NCBI GenBank assembly: GCA_050250855.1
Contig: JBFWNW010000001.1
Location: forward strand, 344,279-408,278
Direction of reading: 5' to 3'
Source of the DNA: Candidatus Babeliales bacterium
GTDB taxonomy: Bacteria > Babelota > Babeliae > Babelales > JACPOV01
Length of the DNA stretch: 64,000 bases
Position numbers and translations under genes: made by a program. How positions within the stretch are numbered: position 1 is the first letter of the stretch; each line of letters opens with the position of its first letter. Under the pieces are notes generated by a model. It saw only the letters and a program-made list of their open reading frames with translations. It was not told where the DNA came from and made no database searches. This document shows, piece after piece, positions 49,178 to 58,062 of the stretch.

Positions 49178-49684
49178 TTACTCATTCAAACGTTCTTCCA
49201 ACAAGCCTTTGTAGGCAAGCTTGAAAGCATTTATTTTTAAAAATATTTCTGGTTCAGTTATAGCTTCTTTCTGCAATTTTTTTAATTGCTCAACGAAAGC
49301 TTCTTCTAGTTCCATTGATTGTAGAATGGCTAGAGCATCTTTGTCTTTAAGTATAAAATTCTGAACATCGCTTACGTTTTTAAGATTTTGAATTTTGCTT
49401 TTAACTTCTGTTACCATAGCGTTGAAGCTTGAATCAATTTCTTTACGTTTATCTTGATAAGCTCTTGCAAGAGTTGAAAAGTCTTTACTCTCAACTTCAC
49501 CTTCGTTAGGAGCAAACCTAAAGTAAACGTTATTTACAAACCAATCACGAAGTTGTTCAAAGTTTTCTGCCTTTGAATTTTTAAGTTCAGACAAAAGTTG
49601 ATTAACGCTTTTTTGCTGTTGCGCAGCATTAATGCCTTGAGTAAGCATTAAACCACTGAGCATTAGTATTAGTATTTTTTTCAT
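49178..49684 (-). CDS. Array 2 secreted helical protein
   Basis: MKKILILMLSGLMLTQGINAAQQQK leader; AENFEQLRDWF..LARAYQDKRKEID. Confidence 0.85.
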   Translation of the reverse strand: MKKILILMLSGLMLTQGINAAQQQKSVNQLLSELKNSKAENFEQLRDWFVNNVYFRFAPNEGEVESKDFSTLARAYQDKRKEIDSSFNAMVTEVKSKIQNLKNVSDVQNFILKDKDALAILQSMELEEAFVEQLKKLQKEAITEPEIFLKINAFKLAYKGLLEERLNE

Positions 49685-49833
49685 GAGATTCCCTTCTTTT
49701 TTAAATACTACTATTATCCCTAACTATACGCTATTTTGAGTATAAAAATCAATAAAATGGTCATTTGGACGGCATTTTAAGGGTTGGTGGCTTTTAAAAA
49801 GGCCTTTGGTTGCTAGGGGCTAAAAAAGAGGCG
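49685..49833 (-). repeat. Array 2 conserved block, copy D, overlapping the last 7 codons of the oxidase gene
   Basis: Promoter at 49723-49752; TTGGTTGCTAGGGGCTAAAAAAGAGGCG matches copy C up to half of the hairpin. Confidence 0.9.
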
Positions 49834-50871
49834 ACTTCGTTCAAGGATGCGGTCAAATTCATGCGGATTTGCAGTAGGTTCTGCTTGGTTGCGAATAAAC
49901 GTAATACCCAGAAAACCCTCTTGTTTGGGGGTGTAATAAATGAGCTCATCCCGTTGAGAACCATCTTTATTGGTTTGCGTTACTTTGACATTGATCAAAT
50001 ACTGGCGCTGCTCTTTTGGTGCTTGGTTTTTGAGCATGAGCAAATGTCCTTGCACGGGAATAATGCGTTTGTCGTGTGTGAGTTGTTTTGTGCCAAGTCC
50101 TGAACAGTTAAAGATAGTTGCGGCAGAACATTCATCAAAGTCGGTGATTTCTTTTTTATATAAAGGAATACCCAGCTGCTGCACGGTATTTTGTAATTCA
50201 TGCATAAGGGCAGTGGCATCAATAAAAAGTGTTTGATATTGCATGAGGTTGTATGTTTTGCTTTCACCAAATGAAACGGTAACCGGTTGTGGTGCTGCCA
50301 ATAATCCTTTTTCTATAAAAGGTTGCAAGCCAGGATCCATGCTGTGGTCAAAGTAACCGGGTAAAAACTGTGCACCTTGGTATATGAAGGGATGTTTGTG
50401 TTCGATGATCTGTTTGTAGGTTAAAAATGAACGTAAACTGTAGGCTGCAAAAATTTCTTTTTCATGAGGCAATGATGTTCTGCGTGGGCGTGGGAAAAAA
50501 AAGCCCGCTGCTTTGTGTGAGGGTAAATTTTCTGTTTGCTTGGCAACAATGTGGACATTGTATCCCTTGCGCTCAAGAGTGATTGCGGTCAACAATCCAT
50601 AACATCCGGCACCAATAACCGCAATTTCGTGTAGTTTTGAAATACCTTTTGTAGCGCAATATTCTTCAAATTGACGAATGGATTCTTCAACGCACCCAAA
50701 TAAAAAGGTAAGGCCAGCGCCCCCTTGGCCATAATTGTGACAAATCAGCTTGCCATTACGTTTTTCAAGGGAAACATAAAAAATTCGTTCACGATGCGCA
50801 CGAATGCAGCTAATTTTTTCATGAATATGCTCATCAGAAAGAGCAGGAGGTGTTAAGGTAATTATGCTCAC
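49813..50871 (-). CDS. D-amino-acid oxidase family FAD oxidoreductase, circularly permuted
   Basis: N-terminal CIRAHR..HNYGQGGAG precedes IAVIGAGCYGL; IFNCSGLG, PVQGHL. Confidence 0.85.
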   Translation of the reverse strand: MSIITLTPPALSDEHIHEKISCIRAHRERIFYVSLEKRNGKLICHNYGQGGAGLTFLFGCVEESIRQFEEYCATKGISKLHEIAVIGAGCYGLLTAITLERKGYNVHIVAKQTENLPSHKAAGFFFPRPRRTSLPHEKEIFAAYSLRSFLTYKQIIEHKHPFIYQGAQFLPGYFDHSMDPGLQPFIEKGLLAAPQPVTVSFGESKTYNLMQYQTLFIDATALMHELQNTVQQLGIPLYKKEITDFDECSAATIFNCSGLGTKQLTHDKRIIPVQGHLLMLKNQAPKEQRQYLINVKVTQTNKDGSQRDELIYYTPKQEGFLGITFIRNQAEPTANPHEFDRILERSRLFFSP

Positions 50872-50942
50872 AATGGGTACTTTTATTATAACGGTTTTTT
50901 AGTAGTATAGCGTACCCATCGTGTTTTTGATAGTAATTTTTG

Positions 50943-51115
50943 CGCTTTTATCCTTCGATACAATGTGCTGCGCACATCACTCAGGATGAGCGCTTTACAT
51001 AGAATTATAGTTTAATTTTTCTTAGAGCTTACATTAGTTATTTAAAACCTCGAATATCGAAGCGCTCATCCTGAGTGTTTTTCCGTTAGGAAAAATGTAT
51101 CGAAGGATAAGAGCG
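50943..51115. repeat. REP-like inverted pair (same family as 11073-11153)
   Basis: TATCCTTCGATACA..CACTCAGGATGAGCGCTT / AAGCGCTCATCCTGAGTG..TGTATCGAAGGATA. Confidence 0.88.
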
Positions 51116-51129
51116 GGAGTATTGATTTT

Positions 51130-51615
51130 CTAATACAAAAGCATAATGAGCGCCATCAGCGCCATTAATAAATCTTCTGCCAAGGTGACATAGGTCATAG
51201 GTACGGTAAAAAGAGCACCAAGGCATGCGCAGACAAATTCTCTTTGTGCTGCTAGTTCTATTGCAACGCCGGCAGCACTAAAAAGCATCACAATGAGGGT
51301 TATAAGATTGGTAGCAAAGGGTGCAAAGCGTGTAAGATAAGCGATTCCTAATGCCAATTCAATAAAGGGATAACTATAAGCATACATAATGCTTTGTTTT
51401 GCAAGGATATCATACATAGCATACGCTTTTACAAAACCATGAATGTTGATAATTTTTAAACTGCCAAAAATAACAAAAAAGAAACCCATAAAATCACTCA
51501 TGGCACTCATCCAGTGCCAACCGCGGCATCCTTGGCTCATCCATGTTAAAAAAAGTATAATTGTAAACATGGCAATAAGCGGTAAAAAATCACGAACCGT
51601 ATAGTGTGCTTGCAT
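51130..51615 (-). CDS. MauE/DoxX family membrane protein
   Basis: FMG.FF..F..LK, Y.MYD.LA, YPFIEL.LG, CACLG, EDL.M. Confidence 0.85.
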   Translation of the reverse strand: MQAHYTVRDFLPLIAMFTIILFLTWMSQGCRGWHWMSAMSDFMGFFFVIFGSLKIINIHGFVKAYAMYDILAKQSIMYAYSYPFIELALGIAYLTRFAPFATNLITLIVMLFSAAGVAIELAAQREFVCACLGALFTVPMTYVTLAEDLLMALMALIMLLY

Positions 51616-51689
51616 AGCATTTTCCTTTCTTTTTGTGATTTGTTATACTTTAAACGTTTATTCAACTCTGTTTTTTGCAGGAGACCTTT

Positions 51690-52466
51690 ATGAAAAAATT
51701 TTTTCTATCATTTCTTCTTATTTCTTGTGTTACCGCACAAGGTAGTTTTGAGTCAATAGTTCATGAAGTAAAAGAACGCGTGCAAGATGCACGTTGTTAT
51801 AGTCGCTACTATGGGCCCTATGTAGTTGGTGCTCCTATAGCGCTCAGCGGTTTTACGGTTAACAAAGAAGTGGGGTTGAGTATTTTTACGTTAGCAGGTC
51901 TTTATTCAGTATATGCTGCCGTACAAGGATATCGTGAAATTCGTGACATTGCCCATAAATATGCGGTAACACCAAAAGCGGTTGATTATTGGAATAACTT
52001 TTATAGCGATGAACCATTTTTATTGTGTCGCTGGCGTCAGCAAGATGATCGTTATAATGACGGTTATTATTGGCCAACAGCATGGTTGTGTCATGAAGAA
52101 CAGCATATGGTGCGCAAAAAATTAATTGAAGATGTTCATGCACAGCGTATTGCGGTTACGCTTAATGGCAAAAAAATAACACAGCCAAAACCATCTCAGC
52201 TTATGCAAGCGCTCACACAAGAAATACAAAGTTTAGAGCAGGATAAATGTCGTTTGCAAGCGTATACACCTATTTATCGCTCGGTAGAACAACCAGAAGA
52301 TTTTCATCCAGCATTAGGTATTTCTAGAATTTTGTGGCCAAATTACAATAGGGCTTCACAACTGTATATTGATATTGTGCAGATGATGAAACGTCTTGAA
52401 GTACTACGTTCTATTGTAGGTAAGTTGCGCTCTGAATTGGTTGATGATCGTTGGCCAAAGGCGTAA
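51690..52466 (+). CDS. Signal-peptide hypothetical protein
   Basis: AGGAG RBS before MKKFFLSFLL at 51690. Confidence 0.72.
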   Translation: MKKFFLSFLLISCVTAQGSFESIVHEVKERVQDARCYSRYYGPYVVGAPIALSGFTVNKEVGLSIFTLAGLYSVYAAVQGYREIRDIAHKYAVTPKAVDYWNNFYSDEPFLLCRWRQQDDRYNDGYYWPTAWLCHEEQHMVRKKLIEDVHAQRIAVTLNGKKITQPKPSQLMQALTQEIQSLEQDKCRLQAYTPIYRSVEQPEDFHPALGISRILWPNYNRASQLYIDIVQMMKRLEVLRSIVGKLRSELVDDRWPKA

Positions 52467-52468
52467 AT

Positions 52469-53686
52469 TTAACTGATAAATTCAAGCAACTTATAATCTT
52501 TAATAGTTTGAATAACGGTTTTAGATTTATCAAGTCGTAGGAGCGGTTCTTTTTTAAGATATGCTTGTTTGAGCTCTTCAACCGTTTTTATATCTTTAAA
52601 AATATGATCAATAGGTATTTCATGTACTTTGCCGTAGCCATGACTGTAATGACGAGCTTCTATAATCGTATTTTTTTCAATAGATCCTATGACCATAACA
52701 TGGCCTGGAATCCACATGAGATCTCCATTCTGAGCTTTTGTTTCTTGCGTATATGTTTTTAAATTTTTTGAGAGCGTTGTAGTGTTTTTGTAATAATAGG
52801 GTAATCCTGCTGTTTGTGCTGCGCGTGCAATAAGGCCAGCGCAATCAAAGCCAGAAAGTGGATTGCGCACGTCATGACGTTTGAAAATTTCAACTGGTTT
52901 TTGATAATGATCTTTAGTTTGTAGTACGGCAAATGAATCCTCTTTGCACATGTGAGTGAGGCTACAACCGCCCCATACATAAGGAACAAAGCCATGGGTT
53001 GCTTGAGCCCATTGACGACACAACAAGACAAACAGTTTTCTTTTTTGTGCGCCAGATAGTTCGTCGGTGCATAATGCCGCATTGCTTGGTACGTGAGCAA
53101 TGTGCATACGCATTGTTTTAGGATCAAGGATATAGATAGGTGTTTTGGCAGCTTCTTGAGCGCCTGCTTGTACAAAACGGGTGCCTACTGAAAAGGTGTA
53201 GCCGGAAATAGTATCTCTAAATGGCTTTAAAAGTGTTACTACTTTGTGCGGATGTTTCTTGTGTGGTGTTGTGTAGGAAATGGTCGGTGGTATATGTTCT
53301 AAAGAAATTGTATGTTTTTTGAGATGCTCAAGAGGAACAATATTCTTTTTGAGTGTCCAGAAGGTATCGTATTTTAGAGAATCTTTATCTTTTTCGTAAA
53401 AAAAGTTATATATTTTAACAAAAACCTCATCATGTTTTTCTTCAAGCACTGTTACCTGTTCTCCAAATAAAGCTTGATGAACACGTGGGCAGGCGAACTC
53501 TCCTTTTTTTCCGCAGATAGCCAGCTTTTTATACCATGGCTCGGCAGGAATTTTAGGAGATTCTTGAAGGGATTGTCCAGCTAGATCGGCAACCGGAACG
53601 GCAATCAATGCATCATACGGTTTTGTTAAGCCATAAAAATAGGTAGGTAGAAAGAGTATTAGTCCTAAAATAATGTGTATGGTCAT
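52469..53686 (-). CDS. NlpC/P60 (C40) peptidase with SH3b-like N-terminal region (YkfC-like)
   Basis: HQALFGE.V.VLE, PYVWGG, GFDCAGL, GD..GHV. Confidence 0.85.
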   Translation of the reverse strand: MTIHIILGLILFLPTYFYGLTKPYDALIAVPVADLAGQSLQESPKIPAEPWYKKLAICGKKGEFACPRVHQALFGEQVTVLEEKHDEVFVKIYNFFYEKDKDSLKYDTFWTLKKNIVPLEHLKKHTISLEHIPPTISYTTPHKKHPHKVVTLLKPFRDTISGYTFSVGTRFVQAGAQEAAKTPIYILDPKTMRMHIAHVPSNAALCTDELSGAQKRKLFVLLCRQWAQATHGFVPYVWGGCSLTHMCKEDSFAVLQTKDHYQKPVEIFKRHDVRNPLSGFDCAGLIARAAQTAGLPYYYKNTTTLSKNLKTYTQETKAQNGDLMWIPGHVMVIGSIEKNTIIEARHYSHGYGKVHEIPIDHIFKDIKTVEELKQAYLKKEPLLRLDKSKTVIQTIKDYKLLEFIS

Positions 53687-53853
53687 GATCTCACCTGCTT
53701 GTTAAATTAATTTTTTGAAAACTTTAATAAATCACTACTTATTATTATTTTCTATTTGAATAAAAAATATCAAGAGATAAGGAGAGAGGCTGAGAATATA
53801 TTGATTTATGAGGTATGACTTAGCTATGCTCAATCATAAGGTGAAGGATTTTC

Positions 53854-54885
53854 GTGAAATATAGTCTGCTGAATGCTTTTTTTCTTGTATCTTTCATGGG
53901 CGCTGATGTACCTACGCCTCCTGCATGGACATGGTTATATAAAAAAACGTTTACTGCTGCAGAAAAAGCATGCCATGCTTATCGTTCATCACTCTTTTTT
54001 TCAAAAGAGGATACGCCGCAATTTAATCAGCTTATTTTTTCTTGGAATGCGTTTAGGCCAGAAAAAGGATTTTATCGTTTTAAAGCACGTGTTCGTAATG
54101 CCAAAACTAAAAAATGGTATAGTTGGCATACTATGGCAGAATGGGGTAATGACGTGCAGCGCTCATTCCTAGAAAAAAGTTTATGGGGAACACAATTTTT
54201 TCATGTGCGCCTAGAGCTTCCCGTACATCATTATGCGGATGCTCTTGCTATAAAAGTAGAAGCAGTTGATGGTGCAACATGTGCTGATTTACATGGTTTA
54301 TATGTTAGTGTTTCTAATTTACAGCTATTTTCGCATGAATCGGTACAGCAGTTAGAACCATTACATTCATTGCATATACGTACTGTTCCTGCGCTTTCTC
54401 AAATGCTTCTAGATCACCCGAAAAAAGAGGTTTTGTGCTCGCCAACATCGTGCAGTATGTTGATCAGTTATCTGACAAAGAATAAGGTTAATCCTGTTGA
54501 ATTTGCTACGCGTGCACATGATAAAGGATTAGATGCCTATGGTAGTTGGCCATTTAATAGTGCCCATGCATTTGAACTGTGTAAAGGGAACTATGGTTTT
54601 TATGTACAGCGTTTGCCGTCTTTTGCTGCATTGTATAAATACATTCAACGAAAAATTCCTGTAGTGGTCAGCGTGCGCGGGGCACTTAAGGGAGCACCCA
54701 AAGATTATAATGACGGCCATTTGTTGGTGGTTGTCGGTTGGGACGCTTATACAAAAAAAGTAATTTGTCATGATCCTGCTTTTGATTCTCTTGATAAAAC
54801 ATGCATAGCATATGATGCCGAAGCATTTTTAAAAGCATGGGAATGTTCCCGTCGCTTGTCATATATTGCACAACCTTTGAGTTAA
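53854..54885 (+). CDS. C39-like cysteine peptidase family protein
   Basis: SQM..LCSPTS, YGSWPFN, GHLLVVVG, ICHDPA. Confidence 0.82.
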   Translation: MKYSLLNAFFLVSFMGADVPTPPAWTWLYKKTFTAAEKACHAYRSSLFFSKEDTPQFNQLIFSWNAFRPEKGFYRFKARVRNAKTKKWYSWHTMAEWGNDVQRSFLEKSLWGTQFFHVRLELPVHHYADALAIKVEAVDGATCADLHGLYVSVSNLQLFSHESVQQLEPLHSLHIRTVPALSQMLLDHPKKEVLCSPTSCSMLISYLTKNKVNPVEFATRAHDKGLDAYGSWPFNSAHAFELCKGNYGFYVQRLPSFAALYKYIQRKIPVVVSVRGALKGAPKDYNDGHLLVVVGWDAYTKKVICHDPAFDSLDKTCIAYDAEAFLKAWECSRRLSYIAQPLS

Positions 54886-54961
54886 CTATTTAATTTATTG
54901 ACAATCTGAAATATAAAGTGTTACCTTCTTAGTAACAGATGATGTTTGAGAGGGGGACCTT

Positions 54962-56074
54962 ATGAAACAATTTTTTAGTATTGTATACATTCTGAATGTT
55001 GTGTCGGTATGCGCCGCTAGTAATCAACTTATGAATCTTTTTCACCATAAAGGAATTTTGGGTGATAAGATTGTATGTTATTTTAATGAAGAACCGAATT
55101 GTCAGGTAACGGTATTACAAGAAACAGACAAAGAAAAGCAGGTTGAATATTTTATCCCGCATGGCACGGTGAATAATGCTGTACGTAAAATGGTTGATGC
55201 ACTTAATGGTGCTCAAGGTGCTCATTATATCGTTAAGGTAAGTCAAGAAAAAAAGCCACGTGAGGGTATAAAATTTATTATAAGTTATAACCCTGCAATG
55301 ATTGTATGTGATTATGGCACGTGTGATTCTATTAGTATGTATAAAAGCTTAGTTTTTAATCTGCATAATAAATCTAAGTTGCGCTCTATTGAAGCGTATA
55401 ATGGCTCCGTGCTGCGCCAAGCCTCTTGCAATAAAAAGCCTCATATTATGCTTGATTTTGGTCATGGCGGGCATGATCTTGGTAAAGTCGGCTGTTCTAT
55501 GATTAAAGAAAAAGATATTAACATGCAGGTTGGCAAAAAGTTGGCATCATTGCTTGAACATAAAGGCTACGAGGTTTCTTTAGTCCGTGAAAATGATACG
55601 TATGTTTCTCTTGATGCACGTACAACGCTTGCTAATAAAAAAAAAGTAGATCTTTTTGTTTCCTTACATTCTAATGCTGGCAACCCAGCAGCTTCAGGTG
55701 TTGAAACCTATTGGAGTCCACGAGCCAGCATTAAAAGAACTGTTCTTGCAGGAAATAAAGAGCAGGATTGTGAAACGGCTATAAAAAATTCTTTTAAGCT
55801 CCTTGATACTGCAAGTAAAACGCTGGCAACAGAAATTCAGAATAATGTTATAGCTTTAGTGTCTCAAAAGCATCCTGTTGTTAATAGAAAAGTAAAACAA
55901 TCAATTGCACAGGTTCTGCTTGGGGCAGATATGCCTTCAGCGCTCATAGAAATGGGTTTTTTGTCTAATCCGCTCGAAACCCAACTTCTTGCAAAAGCAG
56001 ATTATCAATATTTACTTGCACAAGGTATTTGCAATGGGATTGATTCTTATTGTAAGACTGTTAGAATTGTATAA
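54962..56074 (+). CDS. N-acetylmuramoyl-L-alanine amidase (Amidase_3)
   Basis: LDFGHGGHD.G, EKDIN, FVSLHSN, SGVETY, MPSALIEMGFLSN. Confidence 0.92.
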   Translation: MKQFFSIVYILNVVSVCAASNQLMNLFHHKGILGDKIVCYFNEEPNCQVTVLQETDKEKQVEYFIPHGTVNNAVRKMVDALNGAQGAHYIVKVSQEKKPREGIKFIISYNPAMIVCDYGTCDSISMYKSLVFNLHNKSKLRSIEAYNGSVLRQASCNKKPHIMLDFGHGGHDLGKVGCSMIKEKDINMQVGKKLASLLEHKGYEVSLVRENDTYVSLDARTTLANKKKVDLFVSLHSNAGNPAASGVETYWSPRASIKRTVLAGNKEQDCETAIKNSFKLLDTASKTLATEIQNNVIALVSQKHPVVNRKVKQSIAQVLLGADMPSALIEMGFLSNPLETQLLAKADYQYLLAQGICNGIDSYCKTVRIV

Positions 56075-56085
56075 ACAAAAAAAGA

Positions 56086-56115
56086 TTGCAACAAAAAAGA
56101 TAACAATGATACAAT
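56086..56115 (+). promoter_or_regulatory. Putative dnaA promoter
   Basis: TTGCAA-18 nt-TACAAT with an extended -10 TG. Confidence 0.5.
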
Positions 56116-56173
56116 GCAATTGTTAGGGTTGTTTTTCTTATCAAAAAATTATAACTATTAGTGGAATATTACG

Positions 56174-57544
56174 GTGCTAGCAAAAATTTGGGAACAGTTT
56201 TTAGCTATTGTGCGTGAAGAAGCAGGGAGTCGTGTTGTAGAAACATGGCTCAAAGCGGTTTCTTTATACCAATGGGATGCTTTAGAAAAAAAGGTATTCC
56301 TTTTGGCGCCCAATTCTTTTGTTAAAGAATGGATTAAGAGCAACTATATGGCGTTGTTTGGCACTCATTTGAGCCGACTTTTGCACGTTGATGAGTTAAA
56401 GATAGTGTTTGTTGATGCGGAAGCTTCTGATGCTCAAGAAGAGCACAGAACAACTATTATTCCAGCACATAGGGTTTCTGAAGGTCCTTCAACGGCTCTT
56501 TCTTTAAAAAATAACCAAAAAAATCGTTACCATGTCAATAAGAATTATCGTTTTGATACGTTCATTAAAGGGCCTAATAACCAGATGGCCTATGCTGCTG
56601 CGCTGGCTATTACCAAGAAGCTCGGTAAATTGTATAATCCACTTTTTATTTATGGTGGTTCTGGGCTTGGTAAAACGCACTTGCTTCATGCTATTGCCAA
56701 TGAAGTTAAACGCCAATCAGAAGATATTCAAGTTTTATACCAACCGGCTGAACGCTTTGTGAATGAATTTATTAACGCTATACGCTTTGATAAGGTGCAT
56801 GCGTTTCAAGCAAAATATAAAAATATAGATGTTTTTTTAGTTGATGATATTCAATCAATTTCTAATAAAGAGCAAACACAAGAAGCATTTTTCCATATAT
56901 TTAATGCTATGCATGACGCGCATAAACAAATTGTGTTTTCAAGTGATGCGTATCCGGCCGATATTGATGGTCTTGCAGAACGCTTGCGTTCGCGTCTTGA
57001 ATGGGGCTTAGTTGCTGATATTCAAGTTCCTACGCTTGAAACAAAAATTGCTATCTTAAAACGCAAGGCGGAACTTAATAATTATGAATTACCCGACGAT
57101 GTTGCGCTTTTTGTAGCGTCACGTGTTGTATCAAATGTGCGTGAGCTTGAAGGAGCTTTGATTCGTATTGTAGCATTTGCTTCATTGACCAAGCAGCATC
57201 TTACGCTTGAGCTTGCCAAAAAAGTTTTAACACGCACGGAAAGTTCTAAAGAAATTGTCATTGATTTTGATCGTATCGTTAACCTTATTCAATCGCATTA
57301 TACCTATACTCTTTCTGATTTGCGTTCACGTAATAGAAGCAAACAGTTGTCTTTGGCGCGCCAAATTGCTATGTATTGTATGAAGAAGTATACATCAAAA
57401 TCGTTACATGAAATTGCCTATTACCTTAATCGGCAAGATCATTCTACGGTTATTCATGCGTACCGCCATATTGAAAAAAAGATTAAGGAAGATGAGTTGT
57501 TTTGTCAGAAACTTCATAAGCTTGAGCAGGAGGTCAGGTCATAA
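56174..57544 (+). CDS. dnaA: Chromosomal replication initiator DnaA
   Basis: YNPLFIYGGSGLGKTHL, VDDIQ, QEAFFHIFN, RLRSRLEWGL, NVRELEG, RQIAMY, DHSTV. Confidence 0.97.
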   Translation: MLAKIWEQFLAIVREEAGSRVVETWLKAVSLYQWDALEKKVFLLAPNSFVKEWIKSNYMALFGTHLSRLLHVDELKIVFVDAEASDAQEEHRTTIIPAHRVSEGPSTALSLKNNQKNRYHVNKNYRFDTFIKGPNNQMAYAAALAITKKLGKLYNPLFIYGGSGLGKTHLLHAIANEVKRQSEDIQVLYQPAERFVNEFINAIRFDKVHAFQAKYKNIDVFLVDDIQSISNKEQTQEAFFHIFNAMHDAHKQIVFSSDAYPADIDGLAERLRSRLEWGLVADIQVPTLETKIAILKRKAELNNYELPDDVALFVASRVVSNVRELEGALIRIVAFASLTKQHLTLELAKKVLTRTESSKEIVIDFDRIVNLIQSHYTYTLSDLRSRNRSKQLSLARQIAMYCMKKYTSKSLHEIAYYLNRQDHSTVIHAYRHIEKKIKEDELFCQKLHKLEQEVRS

Positions 57545-57570
57545 AACCCAAAAAACGAGGGAGAGGGGAT

Positions 57571-58062
57571 ATGAACTATACAAAAGGTCTTTTCATAGCA
57601 CTAGTATTTGGTACTTTTTTTGTAATGGAGGCATCACTTTCAAAAGTGATATGTTCTTTGGAAGAATTTATACAGCATGAAATTCCGAGCGCAGACCAAC
57701 GTGAATTTCGTCTTTTTTACAATGATTTAATGCATGATCAACAAAAGAAGAAGTTAAGCTTAAGTCAGTCAGACCTTAAGCAGGTTCAAGAAGAGATTAC
57801 TGCTATGCAACGTGCTGGTAAAACATCTCTGGAAGTTAGAAATCCTTCTTTAGCTCAAAAAGTAGCGCTGAATGAAAAAAATGTATCGGTACAAAAAAAT
57901 ATTAAAGAACTTCTCTATCGCTATGGTGCTTACGAGAAATTCTGCAATAATCGAGCTGGAAAATTAAAAAATATCATCAGTAAAACACGTGCGTATATGA
58001 AAGACACCAGCAATAAAATGATGGCATTTTTTAAACGTAATCGCTCAGAAAAACCTGCTTAG
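57571..58062 (+). CDS. Signal-peptide hypothetical protein
   Basis: GAGGGG RBS, hydrophobic N-terminus, basic helical protein. Confidence 0.7.
   Translation: MNYTKGLFIALVFGTFFVMEASLSKVICSLEEFIQHEIPSADQREFRLFYNDLMHDQQKKKLSLSQSDLKQVQEEITAMQRAGKTSLEVRNPSLAQKVALNEKNVSVQKNIKELLYRYGAYEKFCNNRAGKLKNIISKTRAYMKDTSNKMMAFFKRNRSEKPA

Noticed and set aside
47378..49833. Classical integron attC array
   Set aside because: No clear RYYYAAC/GTTRRRY ends, each unit has its own promoter, and no intI is present; kept only as an analogy.
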